Assembly (NCBI RefSeq): GCF_964204645.1
Contig: NC_134026.1
Span: forward strand, 18,014,150 to 18,078,149
From: Tubulanus polymorphus
Lineage: Eukaryota; Animalia; Nemertea
DNA: 64,000 nucleotides
Direction of reading: 5' to 3'
The first letter of the stretch is position 1; each line of letters opens with the position of its first letter. The position numbers and the translations under genes were made by a program. This document shows positions 38,029 to 48,284 of the stretch, piece after piece. The notes beneath the pieces were generated by a model. The model saw nothing but the letters and a program-made list of their open reading frames with translations, was not told where the DNA came from and did not search any database.

Positions 38029-39291
38029 ATGTTCTCTCCCGGACATTGTCATCCGTTTGTTGGGTGTATTTACGAATCTCTGGCGTTTGATAGTTTCATA
38101 TCGCAACACCAACTGTTATGTGGACTCATTCACACAATAGACACAGTTCATCGATCAAGCGTATTTATGTGTTATACCCATGGTAGACTTCACACGTGTA
38201 CGATGACGCGAGAAAATTGTCAGCTTACCCAATCAGAGTACGACCGTAACAAATTTATATGCGCCTTTTCAAAACAGACGTGTGGTGCAGAAAATCCAGA
38301 GATTATAAGTATACTAAACGAACAAAGTTTAGAAGACCGAGTATCACCCGATCGAGAAATGAATTGGATGCAAGAGTCTATTTTACACAAAGCTAAACAA
38401 TCGGCCATTGCGGGTAATGGTGGCAACACTAGATCGAAAGATATGATGTGGTTAAACGAATATATGGGTGATAGTTGTGGCGGCGAGGAGACGTGTGGTG
38501 GTGGAATGGCTAGTGGTTCCGATGGCGAGCAAGGTTGTGGTGGCACGTCCAACGGAATGAGTTACTCAAAACGACACTTGCTCGGTTTTGCGACCACTAG
38601 CGATGAACGTAGCGCAATGAAAATGACAGAAGACCGACACACAAAAGTTAGAGTCCGTACTGAAATTGTAAAGTTGGGTACTCCTGTAACATGGCATAAC
38701 AATGTCAGCGATGGAATTTGTCACCTAAATAGTGAGATGTACGCGTATATAGTTCGCAACGTTACCCTTAATACTTATTTGAATGATAATTGTTCTAATT
38801 TACTCGAAATATACAAAGAACATAGTAGAAATCTGGTGTTGTCTCATCACATCAACGGTGTCGATATCTGGGAATTGTCCAAGTATTTTTTCCACATAGC
38901 GGTCGATTACATTTTCTATAATTGTGCATGTCTGTGTCTTGAAGTTGACAAATTGATGCAAAAGTACCCTGAGCTGACCGAAACGATTCACGGTAGAGAC
39001 ATGTTAACTCTGAAAACCAATAGTGGTGGTCCAAGTGATTATTGGAAAGATGTAATTGATCAAGGCAAAAAACGTATTGACTTGATTTTAAAAAAGGGCA
39101 AGAAAAAGTCCGACAATCACAAACACCACGGTAAAATCGAAAAATATCGTCACGCCGTCAGCCATAAGTCTACTGCGTTTTACGGTAATTTTATGGCAAA
39201 GTTGAAGACAGATCTGGCAGCCGGATCATCAAACCCAATATCATCATGTCTTGGCATTTCAAAGATAGCCGACACAGCGGTTACCCATTAA
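38029..39291 (+). CDS. Cys/His Zn-binding protein, UL92/ORF31/VLTF2-like late transcription factor candidate
   Basis: VFMCYTHGRLHTC..RENC...FICAFSK resembles the C-x2/3-x-H-x-C...C...VC pattern of HCMV UL92 and NCLDV VLTF2. Motif-level only. Confidence 0.6.
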   Translation: MFSPGHCHPFVGCIYESLAFDSFISQHQLLCGLIHTIDTVHRSSVFMCYTHGRLHTCTMTRENCQLTQSEYDRNKFICAFSKQTCGAENPEIISILNEQSLEDRVSPDREMNWMQESILHKAKQSAIAGNGGNTRSKDMMWLNEYMGDSCGGEETCGGGMASGSDGEQGCGGTSNGMSYSKRHLLGFATTSDERSAMKMTEDRHTKVRVRTEIVKLGTPVTWHNNVSDGICHLNSEMYAYIVRNVTLNTYLNDNCSNLLEIYKEHSRNLVLSHHINGVDIWELSKYFFHIAVDYIFYNCACLCLEVDKLMQKYPELTETIHGRDMLTLKTNSGGPSDYWKDVIDQGKKRIDLILKKGKKKSDNHKHHGKIEKYRHAVSHKSTAFYGNFMAKLKTDLAAGSSNPISSCLGISKIADTAVTH

Positions 39292-40076
39292 TTACAACTT
39301 CAGATGTAAAATACAATGATTTTAGACGAGCTCTGCGCATGACCCCCTTGGACGGTCTTGGGAAGGACACAAATCCGAAATGGTACAATTCTATGAACGG
39401 TAGAGATCGATCTTTGGTGTTGTCGGTCCACTTAAATTTAAAGAAACGTAGAGAAGCATTTGGTGATAGGAATTCTACGACATCGAGTTACAATCGTGAA
39501 ATGGATCACTTGGCGGCATACGCACACCATGTGGGACCTTTGCCAAAAATGGATGGTGAACCGTTTCCTGATTTACCCAAACTAAAGTACAGAGTCGGCT
39601 ACTACAGAGAGTGGAACAACAATACAGAAGTGATCAACTATGAAGTGAGTACAAGTGATTTTATGCCGATTCTAGACTACATGACTTTTGAAACCGACGT
39701 ACCAGACAACGATGAACAGGAGAAAAATAAATCGCGACGCAAAAAGAGAAATAAAGACGATATGAACTCTGTCAATGTAAATTTTAAGTATAAAAAACAA
39801 TTGTTCACCGTTTTGGACTTGTATCCTAGCTTGGATCTTGTACCGACCCCTAGATCATCTTTACCCAATGCCCGACTACCACCACCCCAGTCTGATACAA
39901 CCGGTCGCAAGGTATCCTTTATAGAAATAGTCGATACGGATACAACCAGTCAACACGTTATAAATCTACGAGTGACCAAGTACTCGAATCCGTTCGATGC
40001 AAGTGAAAAACACTTTGTAAAGTTACTACCTACTGAAAAACTTTACAAGAAACGGCTTCGACAGACATGGAATTAG
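39246..40076 (+). CDS. Hypothetical viral protein (276 aa)
   Basis: Long ORF overlapping both neighbours; no recognised motif. Confidence 0.7.
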   Translation: MSWHFKDSRHSGYPLITTSDVKYNDFRRALRMTPLDGLGKDTNPKWYNSMNGRDRSLVLSVHLNLKKRREAFGDRNSTTSSYNREMDHLAAYAHHVGPLPKMDGEPFPDLPKLKYRVGYYREWNNNTEVINYEVSTSDFMPILDYMTFETDVPDNDEQEKNKSRRKKRNKDDMNSVNVNFKYKKQLFTVLDLYPSLDLVPTPRSSLPNARLPPPQSDTTGRKVSFIEIVDTDTTSQHVINLRVTKYSNPFDASEKHFVKLLPTEKLYKKRLRQTWN

Positions 40077-41920
40077 AAGAGGTGTTGGCAAATAAATTAA
40101 GTGAAAAAATGGATAAAATGTCTACTCCGATAACTGGATCCATTCAGACTAGACTGAGAAAGAGGAAAAAACAAGCAAAACACCGCGGTACTGAAAGTAG
40201 CAGCGAGGAAGAAGGCGAAGACGATGAAGTGATTAAGCCGGCCGAGGATTTTGTGATGGATTTACTCAATCAAATCGGTACAGGGAACAATGCAGACAAT
40301 CAAATATCGGTAGAAGAAGAAATGCGAAGTAGTAGACGTCCCAAGCGATCACAAAGAAAAAAACAAAAAGTTGTTCGTTTTGAATTGGACCAGGTCACTC
40401 CGTTGTCATCAGAACCCATGGAAGTTGATGAAGAGGAGTCTGCGGACGTTGTTATACCCAACCCAACAAACGATGCATGTCCCTTACCCATTTACACACC
40501 ACCTAATAAGACTGGAGCAATTGTTGAAGACATCGACGTACGTTTCTCTCTGTTGTGGGTGGACGAACCACATTTTAAGGCGGTCTACAACAGTTTTGGT
40601 AGTTGTACACATAGAACAGCGTGGCCTATAGACAATATAGCAACAGCAATACAACTCATGAAGGATATGGCTATAACGGAATTTATAAGTGTTGTGAGTG
40701 AAGCTCGACCTTACTGTCAAACAGAAAAACACGTGGAGAAGGTTCTAAATAATTTGAAACGTTTTGATAAACAGTCAGCAAACTCTACTGGTAATTGTAA
40801 CACAGCAGATGAATTACACACGTTTGCCAGTAGCGGAAGTGTGTGTCTACCCATATACTCATTGGACGATGCTGCGATGACCACTGATAGTCACATTACG
40901 ATAATCGACAAAGATTTGAGCAAAGTTAAACTTGTCAGAGGCATCCTATTGGAAAAACTCTTACAAAGTCCGTTGACATCACCCACAGATGTGCTGGACG
41001 AAACAAGTAGGTTGGATGAGAGCGGTCAATTTCAATACACAATGAGAAAACAGTTGTTCTCCGTATGCAATTCGACAACCGTGAGTGGGGGTGCGGATAT
41101 TACAATCGGTGCTGTGTTGTCACCTTCTGAAAATCCATTTCTGAACATTAACCTAGCGCCTTGTATCCAAGAAAACGAAAGAGCAACGAAATTGATCAGC
41201 GACATTCGAAATATTCTTACTTGGGACAAATTGCCACGAAATTGGTTTCAATATAGAATGTTCAAAAAGAAATCGGCTACACTCATCTACACCACTAATA
41301 AGTGGGGTGATCAAAGCAGTAAAGTCATAGGTGATTCTACAACTTCGGATAAATACCAACATTATTCAATGTATCAACTTCAACAAAGTGGTTGTGGCGT
41401 GGATCGTTTCGATTCGGTTACAGAATACATGCCTAGCAACCTCAAAGGTAGGAAGATATCTGTTGGTACCGACGAACAACAAGTTCTATCAACCGTAGAC
41501 ATTACCCGTGCAGGAGTGCAGAGTAGACTTGCAAGTTTAAACACTGGTCATTACTTGTCTAATTTCAACACGTTTGGAATCTTTAATCTATCAGTGGATA
41601 CACACAAGACCATGTATCAAAGGCTAAAGTCCTACGTAAAACCTTTGACTATAACCGAACATTGTTGTATGGCATACGATTCAAGTTCAGATACTTATGT
41701 TATAACTTCCCCTCTATTACCCACCACTATAACCAATCATGATAAAACTTGTGTGTTGTATATGGAAGGACGCAAGTCCCGTTTAGCCACAGTCGGCACT
41801 CATGGATCAGTAGTCAGTAGCTCTATGGTCGAGGACAACAACTCGTTGAATATATTATGTGAAAACTATACGTGTTACCATGAACTTGGTCAAATGTCAA
41901 AGAACTCTGTGATTTTGTAA
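40067..41920 (+). CDS. Hypothetical viral protein (617 aa) with basic/acidic NLS-like N-terminus
   Basis: Long ORF; last of a 3'-coterminal cluster ending at AATAAA sites ~41973-41988. Confidence 0.78.
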   Translation: MELEEVLANKLSEKMDKMSTPITGSIQTRLRKRKKQAKHRGTESSSEEEGEDDEVIKPAEDFVMDLLNQIGTGNNADNQISVEEEMRSSRRPKRSQRKKQKVVRFELDQVTPLSSEPMEVDEEESADVVIPNPTNDACPLPIYTPPNKTGAIVEDIDVRFSLLWVDEPHFKAVYNSFGSCTHRTAWPIDNIATAIQLMKDMAITEFISVVSEARPYCQTEKHVEKVLNNLKRFDKQSANSTGNCNTADELHTFASSGSVCLPIYSLDDAAMTTDSHITIIDKDLSKVKLVRGILLEKLLQSPLTSPTDVLDETSRLDESGQFQYTMRKQLFSVCNSTTVSGGADITIGAVLSPSENPFLNINLAPCIQENERATKLISDIRNILTWDKLPRNWFQYRMFKKKSATLIYTTNKWGDQSSKVIGDSTTSDKYQHYSMYQLQQSGCGVDRFDSVTEYMPSNLKGRKISVGTDEQQVLSTVDITRAGVQSRLASLNTGHYLSNFNTFGIFNLSVDTHKTMYQRLKSYVKPLTITEHCCMAYDSSSDTYVITSPLLPTTITNHDKTCVLYMEGRKSRLATVGTHGSVVSSSMVEDNNSLNILCENYTCYHELGQMSKNSVIL

Positions 41921-42019
41921 ATGTAAATATGCTGCTTTAGAATTTGATTTGTGGATCTATGGTAATGGTATCAATAAATAAAAATAAAGTGACTTTTAGT
42001 AAAAAAATATTGCACTTAC

Positions 42020-43432
42020 TTCTTTTTCTCGGATGATCAGTGTTCTGAAGGAATTTGATGAGAAGGGTTGCTTATCCAAACAGCGACCATCCAGGGTATA
42101 ACGTTTGTAACGAACGTAGAGTATCGAGTATTGTGAATCTTTTTGAATGTATCCTTGCAGATAGTAGTCTTTTTCGTCTATATCCGACTCATCTTTACTG
42201 TGTCGAATTTTGACGGTGGTACACGTGTGGTTATTGGGATTGGGAATGTTACCACCAGCAGTATTACCGATCACAATTTCACGCATTTTATTTTTTTGAA
42301 CCTGTTTCTTGGTCTCCATGAAGTTTTTCTTTTCCTTTTCGTTGAATTCCTTCAACATTTCGGGTACGACGTCTTGCATGGTTTTGAACGCATTTGTAGT
42401 CAATCGACCACTAGCCGTTCCGTAAATGTTCTTGTGACCGGCATAAGGAAACCAAACAATTTCCATACAACTGTTGGCTATGTGCGACACAGTTTTACCC
42501 AAACGTCTTTGCACTTCTAAAATCATGACAGTGTATTGTTTAAGTATCATGTACACTTTCAAACATTCATCATACGTCAAATAGTCCATGTTGAGTTTGC
42601 GTTTCAGCAAAAGGAACAAAAGTTGGGCATATTGCTCCATGTGACTACGTTTTAGATTGTGAGCAAGAGTTTCGAATTTGTTAAGACATTGAAAACGGGC
42701 CAAGTCAAAACAGTGCATTTTTGCATAGTCAGTGCCTGGTGCTGTTTTCTTGTCTTGATGAATGGTAACTGTGATATTAGTGTTGGGCTTTGTTGAATTG
42801 ACATTATCATCGCCACCACCAACATTATCTACTAAATTCCACCACATGAATTTAGAATCATAGTTGTCTTTGGGTAATTTTTTGTTTGTACCTTCATCGT
42901 AGTCGTCCTCCTCACAGTCATCTTCGTCATCAGAGTCCAATGGACCATTACAACCATTTTCACTGTTTGATAAAATCAAAGTTTTCATCCACTTATAAGA
43001 GAGAAACTCTTCGCTCCAGCGAAGGGTGTTAAATACTCTATGTTGGTCGGTAGCGTTTAAGTTCATTCTCGAGGCTATGCATATTGTTTTGACAGTGTCT
43101 GGTTGAATTGTGTTGTCTCGAGCAATTTTTTTCAACACGAACGCTAAACTATTGTTCAACGTTTCAAATGCACTGTTGTTACGATAGTTTTGCAGATCGT
43201 GTGAAGAGGTTGTTGCGGCTTTTAAAACAGTTTCTGGGTAAATGAGTCTTCTTTTAGGAGACTGTAATAAATCGGCCGTTTCGTTAACATACTGCAATGT
43301 TTTGCCGCAATCGAAATGTGAGAGTTTAGTGTCTCTAACTATTCCTATGCCTGGGTAAGTTACGTATTTGGGGAAACAAAGTTGTTCACCGTTTCTCGTT
43401 CTTTTGAACGCTATTATACCCTCCCGAGTCAT
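42020..43432 (-). CDS. TRM3: Terminase ATPase subunit, exon 1
   Basis: Walker A VMILEVQRRLGKT (cf. VFLVPRRHGKT). Donor GAA|GTAAGT after 471 codons, phase 0, joins in frame to 36185. Confidence 0.92.
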
Positions 43433-43533
43433 GGTGACTCTGTGGAAAATCTACCGAAGCTAAAGTAAAAAGTCAAGACATAATATATATTTTTCAAAAG
43501 CTTACATTTTTATTTTAGATCAAATTATTCTAG

Positions 43534-44382
43534 TTAATAATACAATATGCTACTATTACATGTGATATCATCATTCCACGATAAATGTTTACTACGTGCT
43601 ACAGGTATATAAGTTTCAAAGTCCGTTTGTCTACAAATGTTTTCTATATATTCCATATTTTCAGCATACATTGGTTCTACACAAGGCGACTCCTCGGTAT
43701 CCAAACAAGCGATATTCTCAAAGTCCAATTTCTTTGGAGACACCATCTTCACGTTTTTGCCTAACACTACATTAATGTTTTTAGTTGGCGAAATATTCAC
43801 AATGGGAAAGTCTTTTTTGTCTTCTATTTTAGCAGTCTTGGGCGGTGTAACGTCGGGTATCAAAAAAAGATAAACTTGTTTTTCTGGTGTTGAATTCGTG
43901 TTGATCTGGGTAACAGTAGTGGAGATTTGCTGATTTGAAAATTGGATTTCAGGCGCAATGGTACACGTTGGTGTCTTTGCTGGAGATGGAGTTTTACACA
44001 TTATTGGCTTCAACAGAGACAAAGTTTTGCTAATTTTGTTAGGTGAAGGAGATTTACATTTCCTAGGCGGTGATTTTTCCACGCTCACTTCTTTTACTTT
44101 TTTCGTTGAAGTATACTTGTAATCAGGATACTTTAACTTGTGTTTTGCTTTCTCGATGTCAGTTGCTTCGATATAAAATTCCTTTTCTTCTGCGGGTAAC
44201 AAATTCCAAATTTCAGCAATTAGTGCACTGGCTTTTGTCTGGTGTTGATTTTTGTAGTAATCTGCCATATATGATCGAAAAATCATAAACGGGTTTCTTG
44301 GCCTTGGAATGTGATTTACCTTGATTAGAAGTGTTCTGTAATGTCCGCAGAGAAAATGTGACTGGAATTGTACCAAACGCAT
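43534..44382 (-). CDS. SOX/TCF/MATA-type HMG-box protein
   Basis: HIPRPRNPFMIFR...SALIAEIWNLLPAEEKEFYIEA...KHKLKYPDYKY, followed by an SP/TP-rich tail. Confidence 0.9.
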   Translation of the reverse strand: MRLVQFQSHFLCGHYRTLLIKVNHIPRPRNPFMIFRSYMADYYKNQHQTKASALIAEIWNLLPAEEKEFYIEATDIEKAKHKLKYPDYKYTSTKKVKEVSVEKSPPRKCKSPSPNKISKTLSLLKPIMCKTPSPAKTPTCTIAPEIQFSNQQISTTVTQINTNSTPEKQVYLFLIPDVTPPKTAKIEDKKDFPIVNISPTKNINVVLGKNVKMVSPKKLDFENIACLDTEESPCVEPMYAENMEYIENICRQTDFETYIPVARSKHLSWNDDITCNSSILYY

Positions 44383-44472
44383 TGTACCCTTACAACATGT
44401 CCGATTTTATTTTTTTCGTAACTTTATACATTTCCTATCTTGTTCCATTTTGGCTCATTTTTCTCACCTTCT

Positions 44473-47400
44473 CTATTCTGCGCTGTTGGTTGGTTTAGTT
44501 AGGTATAACATTTGTAACTTTGTATCCATCTCTGCATTCTCCTTAATATTTTTGTTCAACTCTTTAATAGCATAGTTGCCAATCACACCGTTCTTAGCGT
44601 AGTCCAAATTATGATCGAGACGGGTATTGCCGTGTTGACCAACAGTTCTTTTAATTGTTTCCTTTTCCATCGTTAATAATTTAACTACAACGTAGATGAG
44701 CAACGGTGTGAATATGCAGTTCAAAATAACACTGGTTAAATTGATAACAGCACCATATTTCTCACCGAAGGTTTCCACGTGTAGTGCTACAGTATGTTTT
44801 ACATAGTCCATGTAGCTCATATGTCGTATGTTGAATGGTAATTTCTTTTGATCGTTGACAGTATCGCCCGGACCACCACCAATGTACACAGACTGACCAA
44901 AGTCTCCTCCGCCACTACCCACAGACCGTCTGTTTCTACGAGGTGCAACTGTTGTTGTTTTGCCGTTTTTACCTTTCTTTCCTTCGTTAGCAGTTCTGAA
45001 TCTATTGTATATCGGTGCGTGTAGATTTCCATCTAAAAGAAGCTCTTCGGCTGTGTTAGGCAAAGAGGAGGGTAGGTTGGTCGTAGAATATGGCCAAAAG
45101 TGATGAGGAACAGAATCGCGTTCCTGACGTTTCAATCGCTGCTCGTTAAGCCTATTGATGGCAGTGGCATCCAACGTGGATAAAAATTTACTCGGTGATT
45201 TCGGACTCATGGCTTCTGCAAAAGACACCTCAATAAGGTGATGGCGGATTCCTTCATCCAGACCAGAGTGATAGCCGGTGTTGTGGCTGGTTTCATCGGG
45301 TTTCGGAACATAGTCCATATCTGTGCTAAGGAAATTGTTGTTGATTCCACCTCCTCCACCACCGATCATGTTGGTAATATGAGTACCGCCGGTATTTGTG
45401 GTTTTATCCAAAGGGTCGCGCTTTCCTTTATGGAAAACATTGTACTCGGACGACATGGGAGTTGTCTTGCGTTCCTCTACATGATGAAGCTTGCCTGTAA
45501 CGCCCGAAAACGTTACCTTTTGATTACCTACGTTAAAGTGTAATCTACCAGGCATTCTATTACAAGGCGTGATTTCGTTCAATTCGGGACTTAGCCGTTT
45601 TCCGTTATCGAGAACTTGCATATAGCTAACTCCGAGTTCTTTGGACATAACTTTGACAATTGGACTCACATAACACAAGTCAGACAAATGTGGTACTTCA
45701 TCTCTTAGTCGTGATTGTAGATTTCTATAAATCGTTGGAATCGGCATGCCTGGGTAGTCTAATTTCAACGAGGGTACGACTCTCATATCTTTCCACAATA
45801 CGGTCTGGCATCTATGAATGGCCCAGTCGTCGCCAGACTTTGTTATATGAATGTGTTGATCTGGGTATAGAGTTTCGGCCATGGCTGTTGGATCGAGGCC
45901 ATAAATTCGTTCGCTTAAACGTTCAAGTGCCAGTTTCGTTCTTGACATTTGATTGTGCATTTGACCCATACGGTTGTTAACCAAATTGAAGTTGTCTGCT
46001 TCATCTCCGCCAATGTTTAACGGTAACCAAGTAGCAGATTGGATGTTGGTGAATTTTGTGGTTGTTGGTGCCGTTGGGTTAGCGGGTCTAGCCGTATTGG
46101 CTACATTAGCTCCAGTCGTACCGATTCTCGTCAACGTAACAACACCCTTAATACATTTCCAATCGTGGTCATAGGCATCCGTGTATTTTGTGCTCACACC
46201 CGAACACACAGCTTCATCCAAATCGGTAGGAGTACCGGTCACCTCTGGGTTAAAGCCGTGTCGATGAACATACCGCCTGGAGTTGGTTAACGATTCTTCA
46301 TTAGTGTATTCTTGTGCTGGTTTGATGCTGTACTTTAATTTGTTTCGATTCCACCGTTCTACATACCTTTCGGGTTTACCTATTTGACTTTTGTCTACAA
46401 ATTGCAATATGACCGATCCATCTACCATATACGTTTGGTAAACGCCGCTCGGTTGATCCATACACTTGGTCGCGCCGTCTTCACCTAAAGGGTTGATATC
46501 CAGCCTATTGAAGTGTGCTGCATCTATCTTCTGTGTATCGTAAACTTTGAAAACGTGTGGTGAATTCAACAGATCTTTGGTATTTTCCACAAAAGTGGTA
46601 ATTTGATTCACGGTGTTGCTTGCAGAAGACCCAAGTGCCATGTCGGTGTGCTGAAGACCGCTAACGATTTTAGCCGTGACAGGAATTTCCATTAATGGTG
46701 TAAACGGACACAAGGGCACAGAAGTGTCCAAGTCGTGAATGTTGTTGTCAATTACAGACCACATTAAAGTAGCGGCTGGGTGATCGGAATTTCTAACGTG
46801 AGTGTAGCCGAAGTTACCATCTTTTGTAATTCCATATTCTGGCTCTGAAGATAGAGGGTCGATTTGGGCAGAGTTTATTCGTTTTCCAATCTTGGACATT
46901 TGTGCCGATCCGAAAGGTGTCGATACTCGTTTACCACCTTTAGTCGCTTGATAAGGGAACGAATACGTTACGGGTACATTTGTGTCTAAGATACAATTTC
47001 TAACATACAAGTGACCGGCACCTCTGTTTAGACAGACCGACATCAGTTGCGATCGAACGTAGTCGTTGAAAATCCCCTTTACGGTATTGTCGGTTACGTT
47101 TGATCGAAATTGATTGGCCGACACTTGAGCCATGGGTAGTGTTTCGGTAATGTTAATGGCCGGTAGCGAACTTGTATCGAAGATTTCACATTTCTTCTGT
47201 TCATGCCATTTTTGACATTCATCGGCCGTAACACCGTGCTCTAAAGTGGGTAGCCAGGTTAGCGTGGGTTCCCATGCATTTTCATTGCATCTGAAGGAAA
47301 CGTGATGAAACATGGCACGACACGCAAAAATATTGTCCATTTTATAGACACGGTGATTCGGTGTAAACACCTTTAGGGTACCTGTGGTTATGCTGGTGGA

Positions 47401-48150
47401 AGTGGTAGCCGGGGTTGCTTTCGGTCCACGTAGTTGTTCTGCTGCATCGGCCAGAGTGTCCACGTGAATATATCGATGTTTTTGCTTCTCGCATACCTTT
47501 GCGTTTCTAGCGTCGCTTACTTCCCTGAGTTTGTTTGCATTTTTGAATAAAATGGTGAACAGCGGAAACGGTCTTGTTCTAGCCTTATCATCGGCGTCGT
47601 AGTGAGCGGTGTGTTTTACCTTGGCGCATATAGACATTTTTTTATACGCCGCTCTTTCTCGCCAAGTTGGTAACTTTGGGAAAATTGTGTTTTGTACATC
47701 TTCATGTGTAACCGAGATGGTGTAGACAAAATGACTTGCTCCACCCACAGATGGCTCGCGACCATCAACACCTGCTGTACCGCCAATGCTTAAATCGGTG
47801 AAATCTGTAGCCTTGTCTGGGTACGCATCACAAAGTTTTAGACCCGCCGATTCATCGTAGAACGATTGAGCTGCAATAAAATTCGAATCCTCTACTTTGA
47901 TTTGCAGCGGTGCTTGAATTATTTCTGGATCAACCACATATTCGTCCCCTGTTATCAATCTAAATAAGTTGTCGCCAACTTTTGCATTCGTGCTATTTGC
48001 AGCAGCTAATTTTAATTCCAAAACATCGGTAAGTTTTCTGAGATTATACTGGGTAGTGTAGGTACCGTCGCCGGCCAATGAATATCTACAACAACAACAA
48101 CATAGTAGCATAGCTATGATTAAAAGTTTGTTTATTTGAAGTCGCGGCAT
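44473..48150 (-). CDS. gB: Glycoprotein B-like class III fusion protein
   Basis: Signal peptide and C-terminal TM. GLDPTAMAETLY...KSGDDWAIHRCQTV...CYVSPIV...EITPC...HFNVG parallels gB KLNPNAIAS...LGDVMAVSTCVPV...CYSRPLV...IEPC...YFTFG. Confidence 0.8.
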   Translation of the reverse strand: MPRLQINKLLIIAMLLCCCCCRYSLAGDGTYTTQYNLRKLTDVLELKLAAANSTNAKVGDNLFRLITGDEYVVDPEIIQAPLQIKVEDSNFIAAQSFYDESAGLKLCDAYPDKATDFTDLSIGGTAGVDGREPSVGGASHFVYTISVTHEDVQNTIFPKLPTWRERAAYKKMSICAKVKHTAHYDADDKARTRPFPLFTILFKNANKLREVSDARNAKVCEKQKHRYIHVDTLADAAEQLRGPKATPATTSTSITTGTLKVFTPNHRVYKMDNIFACRAMFHHVSFRCNENAWEPTLTWLPTLEHGVTADECQKWHEQKKCEIFDTSSLPAINITETLPMAQVSANQFRSNVTDNTVKGIFNDYVRSQLMSVCLNRGAGHLYVRNCILDTNVPVTYSFPYQATKGGKRVSTPFGSAQMSKIGKRINSAQIDPLSSEPEYGITKDGNFGYTHVRNSDHPAATLMWSVIDNNIHDLDTSVPLCPFTPLMEIPVTAKIVSGLQHTDMALGSSASNTVNQITTFVENTKDLLNSPHVFKVYDTQKIDAAHFNRLDINPLGEDGATKCMDQPSGVYQTYMVDGSVILQFVDKSQIGKPERYVERWNRNKLKYSIKPAQEYTNEESLTNSRRYVHRHGFNPEVTGTPTDLDEAVCSGVSTKYTDAYDHDWKCIKGVVTLTRIGTTGANVANTARPANPTAPTTTKFTNIQSATWLPLNIGGDEADNFNLVNNRMGQMHNQMSRTKLALERLSERIYGLDPTAMAETLYPDQHIHITKSGDDWAIHRCQTVLWKDMRVVPSLKLDYPGMPIPTIYRNLQSRLRDEVPHLSDLCYVSPIVKVMSKELGVSYMQVLDNGKRLSPELNEITPCNRMPGRLHFNVGNQKVTFSGVTGKLHHVEERKTTPMSSEYNVFHKGKRDPLDKTTNTGGTHITNMIGGGGGGINNNFLSTDMDYVPKPDETSHNTGYHSGLDEGIRHHLIEVSFAEAMSPKSPSKFLSTLDATAINRLNEQRLKRQERDSVPHHFWPYSTTNLPSSLPNTAEELLLDGNLHAPIYNRFRTANEGKKGKNGKTTTVAPRRNRRSVGSGGGDFGQSVYIGGGPGDTVNDQKKLPFNIRHMSYMDYVKHTVALHVETFGEKYGAVINLTSVILNCIFTPLLIYVVVKLLTMEKETIKRTVGQHGNTRLDHNLDYAKNGVIGNYAIKELNKNIKENAEMDTKLQMLYLTKPTNSAE

Positions 48151-48284
48151 CGTGGTTGTGAGTTATAAGTCACTAATATTTCGCTTGAAAATAATTCACG
48201 ACTCGGTGTAGGTAATTTCTAATAGTAGATATAAGCAGTTATCAAATATAAAAAAATACACTGGTAAAGTCATTCGCGTGTCAA

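Noticed and set aside
34137-43432. Bacteriophage or prophage terminase
   Set aside because: Spliceosomal intron, polyA signals, envelope glycoproteins and herpes-specific motif spacing argue against a phage.
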